Assembly: GCA_038496445.1 (NCBI GenBank)
Contig: JALMLS010000561.1
Span: 84,694-148,693 of the forward strand
Length of the DNA stretch: 64,000 nucleotides
Direction of reading: 5' to 3'
Origin: Trichosphaerium sp. ATCC 40318
Taxonomy: Eukaryota > Protista > Tubulinea
Position numbers and translations under genes: made by a program. The notes beneath the pieces were generated by a model. That model worked only from the letters and a program-made list of their open reading frames with translations. It made no database searches and was not told the origin of the DNA. Positions 26,131-38,479 of this stretch are shown here, one piece after another (the first letter of the stretch is position 1; each line of letters starts with the position of its first letter).

Positions 26131-27400
26131 AAAACAATCTAAAGTCTTACCGATAGAAAAACCGCAAAGTTTTTTTTTTTTTTTTGTAGGTGTGAGGCAA
26201 ACCAACCACCTCAGTAGCTCGTCACATGGAATAGCAAATACTTTAGCTACAAAGCTGCATATACCGTATGAACCGATATATACGTTGAAAGATTGGAGAC
26301 AGCTACTGGGAGAAGCCTCACAAGGCTTTGTGTTAAAACTGTTTTTTTTTTTTCACACTAATGGTTGTAGAGGCAAATATACCAGAACATGGTATCAGAT
26401 TCTGAAACAAATCGCATAAGTCTCGAATTTCATAGGCTTGCAAAAAAACGTCACTTGCCTTACACGCCAGTAAAGACGATAAAAGGCTGGCGTAAACTGC
26501 TCGGGAACCCACCTAAGGATCAGTACTAGTGTCTAAGCATCAAAAGTGCAAGCAAACAAATCGCCTTGGCGATGAGGAAAGTTGTTAGCAGGGGATAATG
26601 TGTGACATTGAGCGTGAAAATATGCATTTTACTTTGCTTGAGTATGGCACAATAGCAGCTGAAATTTTGCAAGTCACAAAGGATAGTCTTTTCCCTTTGT
26701 TTATCTTCGTTTTGGTTTTTTTTTGAGTGAAACCGTCTGACATTTTTGGCAGTACTTGAGCTGCTTTGCGATACAAGGTGTAAATATTTAGTGCTTTAGT
26801 TCACACCACAGAGGTACTTTATGTGCTTTTAAGCAAGACAAAACAGTTAGCCTCTACTCCTTGATGACACATGAACTTGTACAACTTTCTCTTTGCTAAA
26901 AGATCGCAGAAGCAATCACATTTAATTAAGCTTCTACCTAATTAGACAAGAATTCAAAAAAACTTTACCATACCAAGATTGCCTCTACGAGACACGTCAG
27001 AGAATATCTTGTTGATAGAGGCTTGCAATTGATTTTAAGGACAAGTAACCCTTTCAGTTTTGGTTGAATACCTTCACTGAATACAAAATAACATTTTTCA
27101 AACCTGTACCGATGAAGTTGAGGAAGCTTGTAAAGGTACAACTTCTAAACACGTGATATTGTCAAAATACGCAAGATGTAGTCTCTCGAGGAAAGCAAAC
27201 TTGAACAAGTTGAAAGTAGTAGTAATTAACTACTAATTGTCTCTTCAGTAAAAACAATATCAACAATAGACAAAACTGGTAGAGATGTTGTAATACATAT
27301 ATACTTTTGGTTACATCCAAACTTAAGAAGTGGTCCCAGAGCCTGCGCATATATTGGATGTGTACCATCTTGCGTGGTTCAACACCAACAAAAAAAAAAT

Positions 27401-29185
27401 TTACACATTAATTATTCTTGATGCAGCTTTTCTTATTCTATTCATAACCGCAAGTCCCTACACATTAAATATTTAGTAAAACTAATAAACCAATAAAAGA
27501 ATCACATGATTAAAATATTAATAAAGTGAGCAGTAGTACCTCTTTTTCTTCTGAAATACCTTCCATAAAAATAACATCAACTCCTTTTCCATCTAATTCT
27601 CTAAGCGCTTTAAATAAACCACGTGCAACTATATCAGGGTTTTTCCCATCTCCAAGTTTATATAAAATAAACTTTTCTGATTCTGTAAATGAACTTGGTA
27701 TTGTAATACTATCAGGGAAAGTATGTATCAATCCAACAGATAATTTTTCATCTTCAACTGATTTTTTAAGTTCTGTTTTTAAGCTCTCTTCCATTGCTTT
27801 TAAATCACTTCCTTCAAATAATACAACCTTATCATTACATTAAGGATATAATAAACAGTCTATTGTACGTACTTGAGCATTAGGGGAGTAATGTCGGTAC
27901 TTCAAACCTGGAGTTGCAGGTCGCTGTTCCATTGTAGGATCTGAATTTTTTTTATATAATTGTGTTTCAGGTAAAATCTCTCTTATTTGCTCTATAGTTA
28001 CGCCACCAGGCCGTAATACTGTAGGAGGGTTCCTCATAGCATCTATAACCTACGATAAAGCCTTAGAATTGTTGAACTTGCTTCAGTTTTGAGTGCATTT
28101 GCTACATTGTTTTTTTTTTCATTTTTAAACTTAGACTGAAACGCTAGTTCGTACTGTGCTTTCAACACCAACTTGACAAGCTCCTCCGTCTATAATACAA
28201 CCAAGTCTACCTTGAAGATCATCAAATACGTGCTGTGCAGTTGTAGGACTTGGTCTTCCTGATAAATTTGCAGAAGGAGCAGCAACAGGTACTTTTGCTA
28301 AACTAAGCAGTTTTTGGCTAACTGGATGTGAAGGAAACCTTACAGCGACTGTATCTAGACCACAAGTCACAGTTTCAGCTACCTTAATGAACATGAGAAG
28401 GTATAAATGCAACGACAGCGCGTCAAGCGCCTGTTTTTAACTGTAAAGTACCTTGCTTGTTTTTTTGAACAAAATAGTTAAAGGACCAGGCCAGAAAGCC
28501 TTCATTAATGGTTTAACCTATAGGAATAGCGTAAATAATTTGTATTCTATGGTTCTAGGGAGTTTTGAAGCAACACTCAAGTTTTAGGTGCCATTCAGCG
28601 AAACGCTTGCACACTTTTTTTTTGTTGCAAAAGTATAGCGTACGCGTTCTGGTATATCACTAGCTAGTTCTGATAGCATTTCCAAGTCGCTTATGTGAAC
28701 AATGAGTGGATTATCTGCAGGTCGGTTTTTAGCAGCGTATATCTGTATTCGATGGTTAATAGAGCGTATTAAGCGTTTAGTGTATTATTAAAATAGTTAT
28801 GTTGTTATAATCGCTGTTTACTGCTAGCAAGCTAGTTGTGCGACTTGTAATTCAACAGGCGCGTTTATAAAGTTTGTACGAGCTACTTTACCTTTTTTGC
28901 TGCATTATCATCAAACGCATTCGCACCGAGACCATACACTGTTTCCGTAGGAAATGCAACTAATTCCCCTTTTTGTAATAGATCGGCAGCGTATTTAAAG
29001 TCTTCATCGTTTAAGTTGTCTTTGTCGACTTTAATAACCTTTGTAGTCCATTTTGTGTCTTTTGGCTTGTTGTCTGCCATTACAACTCGTTTTAGTGATA
29101 TATAGCGTCTGTTAATATTTTTATGGCGTCGGAGATTGCGTCCAACGAGTATTGGGTTTGTTGAGTGCCAGCACAGTTTCAGCAT
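27401..29185 (-). CDS. SUA5: Threonylcarbamoyl-AMP synthase (YrdC plus SUA5 domains)
   Basis: VAFPTETVYGLGANA, KNRPADNPLIVH, FWPGPLT, AAPSANLSGRPSPT, GVESTV, PGLKYRHYSP, GLAVMNRIRKAA. Confidence 0.95.
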
Positions 29186-29378
29186 GAATTCACTTTGACC
29201 AAAATTGGCTTTTTCTGCGATATTTCTGGTAACGCTTTTCTCTCCACTGACTCAAACACATGGCAAGAAACTTAGTAGGTATTTATCCATCTTCCGAGAA
29301 TACTAACACGTGACTTTTGCCACATATTTTGTTACATCATTTTTTTTTATTGTACAATTTTTTTGTTTCAGTTTGGAA

Positions 29379-31126
29379 TCACCATTCAATATCTGGCCTA
29401 CATCAATATTAAGGTAAATGTCAATACTGTTACACTCTTACCTTGACTCTTGTATTAATGCTACAAGACTCTTTGTAGTTTTATCCCACCAGTGTGGCAC
29501 ATATACAACTGAAATACCCATACTTTCACAAATTTCTTTTTTTAGAGCATCACGTTTCTTTTGAACCTCTACAGGTCCAACATGAAGAAAAAAAGATTGA
29601 CTTGCTCTAGAATGTTGTTCACCTAGAAATAAAATCAATTTCATTTGATTAACAGGCATAATGAGCCAGGGGTCAGTTGTACCTTGGTATTCAAGTGCTA
29701 AGTTAAGTTCTTTAATAAATACATCAATGATTACACGCATTTTTCCCGAATGAACAATGTACTCTTCTACTACTTCAAAGTCTGGGAAGATACGTTGTGC
29801 TTCCATAAAAACAACCCTACAAAAATGATGAGTACAAAGAGCTATCTGGTTAAAGGAGTGTACCTTTGTTGAGACTTTTTGGCTTTGTAGTTGAAATTGG
29901 ACATTTCCCATTTAAAAGTAGGATGAAGGCTTCGTAAAGCAGCAGGGAATTGAGGTAATATACCGCCACCATTTAGTTCTATTAGTTGAGTATGAGATAT
30001 TCTATACCATCCCTCAGGAGAACTAATTTGGAGTGAATGCTCAGCACCTGCAGAATGTCAAAAACAAAAATTATAAGTTATATACATACGTTTCAAAAAG
30101 TTAACGACAGCGCGGTTTGTCCAGTATCCAACTTTGTGAGTCCTTTCAGAACCTTTTCTAATATAGTATTGGTTTCTAATCATAGTGTAGATGTATACCT
30201 AAATCGTTCCAAGTTCCAATTGTGATCAGTGTAAGTCTGACTGATTATTGTAGCAAGTGAAAAATTGAATCTAAAAAAAAAAGTGTTAACTTTTTCGTGT
30301 CAGAAGAGTTGCTCACCTACTAAGCATCCCAGCTCCGGCATGTCTCCTAAACTCAGATATAGATACATTATACCAATCATTTAAATCATTAATAGCAAGT
30401 TTATCGCTCATATACTTCATGAAATCGAGACGATTTCGTTTAACAAACCAATATCCTCGTGAAACTTGCCTATTCGTGTAAAAAAAAAAAAGTCAAAACC
30501 AAAATCACGTGTGTCATACTGAGTAGCGTATGCAACGTAAAACAACGTGTTAAATACCTACTTGAATTTCCAAGGTATCCAACCATGATGAGGGTACAAC
30601 GCTTGAAGAACTTGGTGCAAAGAGTCGTTGTATCTACGAAATTTTTTCAAACAATCAGTAAATGCACTATTACTGGATTCGTTTTAGACTTACCGCCATA
30701 GTAATGATCTTCCACCACTTTTACATGCATCTACATAAGTTACACTGTACCAATCGTCGAGTTTGTTGATTCCTAACTCAACAGCCATCTCATTTTCTAA
30801 AAACTCCTTCTGGTTCTTCACAGACGCCCAATATTCTCGTGGCTTACGTATTACGTCAACGAGATTGTCGTTGATATCTCGTCGGACTAATCTCATCAAT
30901 TAATGAATGAAACGCAGTTTAGGAATGTGTAAAAGCGTTTTCAATCGGTATAAAGTGATTTGGTTCTGAGTACGTTAAAACAATGCGTTATTTTACAATT
31001 TCACTTCTGAAGTGTATTTTAGAGCGTTTTAAATGCTATCAGACCTAAACCAGAAGTTTTTAACGTACCCAGTTTACGTGGAGCTGCAGGCTGCAAACAA
31101 CGACTGTGTATACGTTTGAAACTCAT
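29379..31126 (-). CDS. Trp-rich helical-repeat protein with C-terminal PD-(D/E)xK/RAP-like domain, probably organelle-targeted
   Basis: Repeats YW..KNQKEFL..ELGINKLDDWYSVT..GGRSLL; C-terminus IIDVFIKELNLALEYQGEQH..KRDALKKEICESMGISVVYVPHWWD; basic N-terminus MSFKRIHSRCLQPAAPRKL. Confidence 0.75.
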
Positions 31127-31221
31127 AGTCTTGCTTCAAGTGTCAGGCATTGCGCCTGTATGCCAAATTAAAGCAGAATTTTTCAACAGCGGTCTTTATT
31201 GTTTGTGTTACGCCCTTAATC

Positions 31222-34200
31222 ATGCAGGAAATACCATTTATTATAGCCTTGATTGGGTTACTAGCTTGTACGTTCGTTTTAAACCATCCTAATAATTAAC
31301 TAGTCCACAGGCGTTTCAACTCACAGTTTAACATCAGTGAGCGTAGAGAAATGCCATAATGACATGAATAATCAAATATGGATCGTAAACACTGCCACAG
31401 GCCAAATAAGGTAGAATGCATGCTTCTTTCTTTCAATGTTCGGTTCGCTGTTCCCTTATACTAAACCATGCTTCCAACCACGTGTTTGCGTTTAACACTG
31501 TTTTAGTTCTTCGACCGTTAGGATTGGTGATTCGTTTTACGATTCTCAATGGATACTGTCAGAAGGAAGGATAGTGTCAAAAGTACTTCATTCGGTTTTA
31601 GGAAAAGTAAACAGAGTATTTCTTTGTTTTTTTTGGTTCACACGTGACGAATACATCACGTTTTTTATGTTAGTTTGTTAATCTCATATTTCTTGCAGGT
31701 CAGTGAGAAGTGTATTGGTGTTACTACGTTGAGGAGTCCTGAAGCAAAGTAAACCGAATTTCGCGATTTATTTTAATTTTAAAATAAATAAAAAATTGCT
31801 CATTGATGTGTTAGGCTTCAACTTGAAGATTGTGGTGCCAGAGAACAATGGGTATTTGATGAAGAGCATGGCTATATCATGTCGTTGATCACTAGCGAAT
31901 GTCTGACTTTCATTGATGCTCCTAATCATTATGTGGTTGATTTGAAACAAACTGAAAGAACTTTTGAAGGCGTTGGAGCGCTATCAGGTAACACCTTTTA
32001 ATTGGTTTTGCTGGTACTGAAACCAAACAGGTGGCGGTGGTACTTCAAGGCTTCTTTTTGATTATCCAGAGCCTACACGTTCTGAAATTCTTGATATACT
32101 TTTTGTACCTAATAAAGGTGCTTCATTGGATATTTTAAAAGTTGAAATTGGAGGTGATGCACAAGTACGTTGCAAGAGATATTCGCGTAATTGATGAAGC
32201 GTAGAGTACAGAAGCAACTGAAGCAAGTCATATGCATACACGTGATGACCTTGATTTTAACAGAGGTAAGTAAATTCGCACAGGATGAAGCAAGTTTGCC
32301 CATTTTGTCTGTCCGTTTGTTCGTTAATTAATTTGATTCCAAGGCTATGAGTGGTGGCTCATGAAAGAAGCTAAGAAACGAAACCCTGATATTCTTCTTT
32401 ATGGACTGGCTTGGGGTGAGCAACCAAGAAACTTTGGTTTATTTCATTTTTAAATATGAGTGTAACTTAAGTTTTTGATTTAGGAGCACCTGGATGGATA
32501 GGAGACGGGCATTACTATTCCGCTGATATTATTGAATACTTTATAACATGGATAAAAGGGGCTAAAACAGTTCATGGTTTAGATATAAACTACATTGGCA
32601 TGTGGTACGAGTTGCAAAAAATCGAAATAAGTTCGAACCGATTTTTATTTTTCATTTTATTTTCGTCTTTCTATCCACTCCAACAATCTCTGCTTGATAA
32701 AATGAGTCTAAAACCATATCAATTAATTGTCCGGTGGAACTGACGTTATAAATTGAATACGTTAGAGCTCTATTTTGGCTTTCAGTGTTGACTTCTTTAA
32801 TCTTGTTTTTTTCTTGCTTTTTTGACTTTTTTCATCCGTTCAGGAACGAGCACCAACAGAATGATACTTGGATAAAAGAATATAGAATAGCTTTAAATGA
32901 TGCTGGTTTTGAAAATATTGAGATTGTCGCACCTGATGGTAGATGGAATATTACAGAGGATATGTTAAAAGATAAGGAACTTTTTAACTCTATTTCAAAA
33001 GTTGGAGGACATTATCCTTTCAAGTACAATGACTTCGTTTCTGAAGAGTTTATGGTACGTTGTTTTAAATAACGCAATATATCTCTTTACCACCAGAGAG
33101 CACACTTTTGACACGAGTCATAAGCAATGCAAGTGAGAAATACTAAATTTAGGTCAAATCAAGCCTTAACATGCTTACACTTTTGCGACGTTTACCAGCT
33201 TCGAATAATACTAATTTTTATTTCATAAGGCTACTGGTAAGACTCTATGGGCTAGTGAGTGCTGGGATTTGAGTAAAGTTGGTGATTGGGATGGTGCTAT
33301 GCGATTGGCTCAAATGCTAAATGGAAACTACAATAAAGGCAAGATGACTGCATCAATCATTTGGTACATTAAGCTTAGCTCCATGTATCCGGCTGTATAT
33401 TAACGATATCTAAGGAATCTTGTGTTCGGATGGTATAGTATCCTGCCATTCGCCCACGCTGTTGAAGGTGAAGCCTTAGTTATTATTTGTATTAAGATGT
33501 ATTAGGTACTGTTGGAGGTGCAGGGCATTCTTTAATGTATGCAAATGAGCCTTGGTCAGGTTATTACTCAATACAAGCTCCAATATACGTTGTGGCTCAT
33601 ACAACACAGTTTACAGCGATAGGTACACTAAACATTACGACTTAACAAGCCACTTAAGTGCTGATCTAAAAACCAAGGCTGGAAGTACCTGTCATCATCA
33701 AATGAAGGTAATCTTACTGGTGGTGGTACATATGTTGCTCTTAGTGATGGGAAAGACTTATCTATTATCGTCGAAACATACAAAGTAAAAACCAAGCAAA
33801 ACGCTTTTTTTCAGTTAAAAAATGCAGCAGCAATAACATTAATGCATGTTTGGTATGCTTATCGTTCTCATAAAATGCTTGCTTATTCTCCTGAGGGTAA
33901 CAAACAAAACACATTGGTTCGAACAGCTCGAAGATGTTCAAGTACGCGATGGCATAATTGGACCAATCAGTATAGACTATGACGCTGTGTACACTATTTC
34001 GACAACAGAAGGACAGGTAACACCACTTTTTTTTGTTAAAGGAGGAACTCACAGAACGTCTTAGAGTAAGCCCCCAGTATCTGATATACCTAAATCAAAA
34101 CCATTTCCTATTCCTTACATAGATGATTTTGAAAAGGTACTACTTCCTTAGAGTTATGGACCGAAGACTTTTGGTTTGCTAATTTTGAAAAACAGTATGA

Positions 34201-34944
34201 AGAAAACGCAACTGTAAGATACTTTGCAGATCAAGGAGGTTCATGGGCTTCTTCAAAATCGCCAAGTGATCCTAATAATATGGTATTTAAACAAGTGGTT
34301 ATACAGCCGCCAATACCATGGAGTAGAAACCCAACACCAGGCACGTGCTCACAATCTGAATCAATTGTATTTTCTGAAACGAAATCTTTTCGATTCACGT
34401 ATTGACTGATACTACAACTTTGCCGCAACACTAGCGTTATAAATAAAAGTTGCTTGTTGTTTTGTTCGTGTGGTTTCTGAATAGCAAGGAAGAAACTGCA
34501 ACGCTCCTTTTTCTCACAGTGCTCTCGCACTTACAAACAACTTTAGTATCTATTCTTGGTGATAGGACATGGACTGATTATTGTGTTCATGCTAAAACAT
34601 ACATGACGTCGACAGAACCAAGCGCTTTTATAGCTTTATACGGACGTATAGGAACGTTTGATACATTCACTGTCACACAGCCACCTGGTTACATCATCAC
34701 CTTTTCGAGGAGAAGCGTAACTATATCCTCAGGCGAGAACGTTATCTTCAAAGGAGTTGCTTCTTTTCCTTTAGAAAAATGGCACTCAATATCAGCTTGT
34801 TTCAAAGGGGACCTTATATCCGCTTCTTTAAATGGAATAACTATAGCAACCGTTCATGATAAAGAATATGAAGAAGGCTTAACTGGTTTAGCTTCAGGGT
34901 GGCATTACGCATTTTTTGATGAGTTTTCAATAAAAGAAACTTAA
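31222..34944 (+). CDS. GALC: Galactocerebrosidase-like GH59 with N-terminal ricin-B-like lectin domain
   Basis: [60 protein letters not shown]; signal peptide, then QIW/SQW/EQW repeats. Confidence 0.9.
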
Positions 34945-35202
34945 TCAGTACGCCTTGGTGCAAAATGTTCAAACCTAGCGTTTTAGTTGAAGTTTGAAAG
35001 AGCACGTGGATTTGATTGAAGTGAAATTATTAGAGTTTCATGTCAAGAGTTTAAGCTATAAGTGAATCAGCAACACGCTTACTCAGCGCTCAATATTTGA
35101 GAAGGTGAACATGCTACTTTGGTTGACGTGAAACGACTTAACATTTGAAATATTTGCCAAGCGATCTACTTGTGATAAGATTGTGATAACTTCATTTCTG
35201 TT

Positions 35203-38200
35203 ATGAAGCTAATTATTAGCTTGTCATTTGCAGCTTTAGTATTGCTTGGTAACTAAATTAACAATTCATCTCTAAAACGAGTTATACTTTACGGAGAGAT
35301 TTCATACAAGGCATAGGTACAACATTTGGACAAGATATAATCACGTGGACAGAATTTATCACAGAAGTATCTACCACATGTCAAAATACTATAAACGCAA
35401 CAAATTTGATCACGTGGAACGTAAGAGATCCCACTGTGCCTATTCAATTCGAGTTTTTTCGCATAGACACTCCGTTTACGACTACAAGTGAGATTATACG
35501 AAATAACGCATACGATACACCTGTAGCGAATCCACGTGCGTTTTTAAAAAATTGAAAAACTTCAATTTTGATAAAAAGAACTTCTTGCTCATCGGAACAA
35601 GGCAAATGGTATTTTTATGGTGATGTTGTATCTAGCTCGATGAGAGATAGGTCTAGTGCTTTCTTGATGATTGATAAAGATACACAGCAAGTCCTCGGAG
35701 GATACAACTTATTCGAATCTGTACATTTAACACCAACTTTTGTTTTTATGCCTTTTTAAGGTTTGGTTGCTGAATTGTCGTAGCGACCTGCTTTTGCAAC
35801 AATAATAAGAGGAGGTCCTGGAAGTATATTATATCAATCAGAGGGTTCTTTGTTCCCTATAACAACAAAGCGAGATATGTTGATGGACGGTAAGAAATCG
35901 AAAAAGTTTTTGTTTTCTCTTTTCTAAAAGTAGCACTAGTGCCAAAGCATTCTTTACATTGTACGAACTCAGAACATGATCACATACACAGTCATAGCAA
36001 AAGAGGTTTCTTTGGATACGCACATAATGTACTACCATTAAACTATCCTTACTACACCGCGAGGGTACGACAGATTTCAAGTTTCTACCAGAAAGTTAAT
36101 TGGTTTTTCGAGATAGCTTTCAATAGATATCACTTCACAAGTTTTTCAGCGCAACAGACAAAGCGATGAGTTCGTTCTTGACTGGATAACTGGTACTATT
36201 GCATGGGGTAGTTGGATATACGAACGTGATTACGCAGTCAAGCTAAAAATAGCAAGCATCTTCTACTATACAGAAGCAGGTAAGACCATTCTTCTTTGAT
36301 TCTAAAATTCTTCGGACCAAGTAATTGTGTAGCGTTGGATCCTTATGATGGGTTGACTGGTGATAGCGAACAAGCTCTAGCAGCTGTAGAAAATCAATAC
36401 AGTTCCAACACGTGCGCTTTCTTTAAAGACTTCGAAGTAATATTTAAAACAGGAACAAACAAGCAGTGCCTAGAGAGACTGCAATGGTTATATTCTCTAG
36501 CGACTCAATCTTTTCTACAAGTGGTTTTGCAGATATAAATAGTTTCTGTTCATCACGGAGTGTTGCTGCAACTTCGATAGGATGGGCTTTTGCTTATGGG
36601 TCATTTGTATGTCTATCAGCAAGAAAGTGAACAAAATGGGTATTAACTTTTTGTAAAGACAGTAATGTTACATGAAATAGGACACAATGCAGGGAGTCTC
36701 CACACTCGCTGTTATGGTACAGTAAGTATACCTGGATTTGAAGGACTTGGAAATATTGATCGTTGTGGAACTGAGAATGGTTGTGATACTTCAGGAACAG
36801 AAGCTACTCAACGTACAGTGTTTCTGACATAGATATTTTCAATGAGATTGTTTACTTTATTCCTAGCATCAATAATGTCTACTGGATGTGACACACCTCT
36901 TGCTGCATACCTAGGAAGAGAAAACTTCTATGGTTTAAGTAGTGAACGTGTTCCAATCACGTTACGTGCAGCAGTAGCTTTCCGCAGAGGCACGTTAAAA
37001 TTGGTTACTACTAACATGTTAATAAATCCGTTTAGTTACTTCACAGCTCTCAGATTGTTTACCCGATTGGGTTCACAATGATGTGACAGTGAATTGTGCT
37101 GATTTATTTGATACTATCCCGCCTACTACATCGCCAACAACTCAAATGCCAACCTTATCCCCTACTGAGTCACCAACTGATGCACCAACGGATCTACCTT
37201 CGAACCCTCCAACTGTTGCACCAACGGATGCGCCTACAACCACTCCAACTAATGCACCTACTGAGTTACCAACTGCATCCCCTACAAACGCGCCAACCAA
37301 TGCACCAACAGACACTCCAACTGATGCACCAACGGATCCACCTACGAACCCTCCAACTGTTGCGCCAACTGATGCACCAACAGATGCGCCAACTGATGCG
37401 CCAACTGATCTACCATCAACGTCACCTACAGCTGTGACAATGCCTCCTACAGTAACTCCAACCACAGAACCTCCTTCAACAAATGCCCCAACTTTAGCAC
37501 CAACAACAGCTCCAACAACACTACCCACTACCATGCCCCAAACGACTGCATCGCCAACAACTCAATCACCAACTAATGTACCAACCACAGCGCCTACGGT
37601 GATGCCCACTTCACCCCCTACAACCGAGGCTCCAACTATAGAGCCTCCAACAACGCTTACACCAACTACAATAATGCCCCAAACTACCCTACAGCCTGTT
37701 ACACAGGCTCCAACAAACTCTCCAACTGTTGCTCCCACGAATATCCCGACACTACCTCCAACTACACCACATCCTACAACACTAACTCCAACAACGATAC
37801 CTACTTCTGTACCAACAGAAACGCCTACAGCATCGCCTACCGCTGTTTCAGCACCTACCCAAGTTCCAACTATTGCTCCAACTGTTGCACTAACAAACGC
37901 TCCAACTTCTGCTCCTTCAACACAACCAACAACAATGGCCACAGCTTCTCCAACTCCTGTGACACCCACAGTAGATTCCACAGCCGTACCAACAAGTGCT
38001 ACTTCACCAACAATTGGTACCACTCCTATTCCGCGAGTGGATGTAGAACTGGCTTGCATAAGCCTTCAAGGAACTAGTTGCATGTAAGGGCATTACCTAA
38101 CTCGAGTGTGCTTCTTAAAACTAATTACTTCTTTGTAGATGTTCTAGAACTGCTTGCCCATGCACTTCCTCTTCTTGTACATGCACAAGACCTTCAGGCT

Positions 38201-38360
38201 TTTTTTTAGCATGTGTACAAGTATTAACCTCCCAGAGAGTTCGTATAGCTGCAAACGGCATGGCGTGTTGTTGATTTTGTATATTTATTTTAAATACATC
38301 GTATTAGTAGCACGCACCCATCTATTTGTAGATTATAGAGTCAATTCCATAGACACATGA
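35203..38360 (+). CDS. Secreted metzincin (reprolysin/M12B-like) metalloprotease with long PT-rich mucin-like stalk
   Basis: Signal peptide MKLIISLSFAALVLL; HEIGHNAGSLH zinc motif (~36671-36703); Met-turn SIMS; ~300 aa PTxAPT tract; 3' end approximate. Confidence 0.85.
37120..38030 (+). repeat. Coding low-complexity PT/PTDA repeat
   Basis: Repeated CCAAC(T/A/G)GATGC(A/G) units encoding PTDAPTNAPT. Confidence 0.9.
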
Positions 38361-38479
38361 TTTTTTGAACAATCGAATCACTTTGTTAAGTAACGTATCT
38401 TGCCTTAACGTAGCCTTTTGAACTCTTCATAGTATCCAAAACGCTTTCTACTTGCCGCATTACATTAGCACAATCAAGA

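Noticed and set aside
37096-38059. Alternative-frame and antisense ORFs over the PT repeat
   Set aside because: Shadows of low-complexity coding sequence
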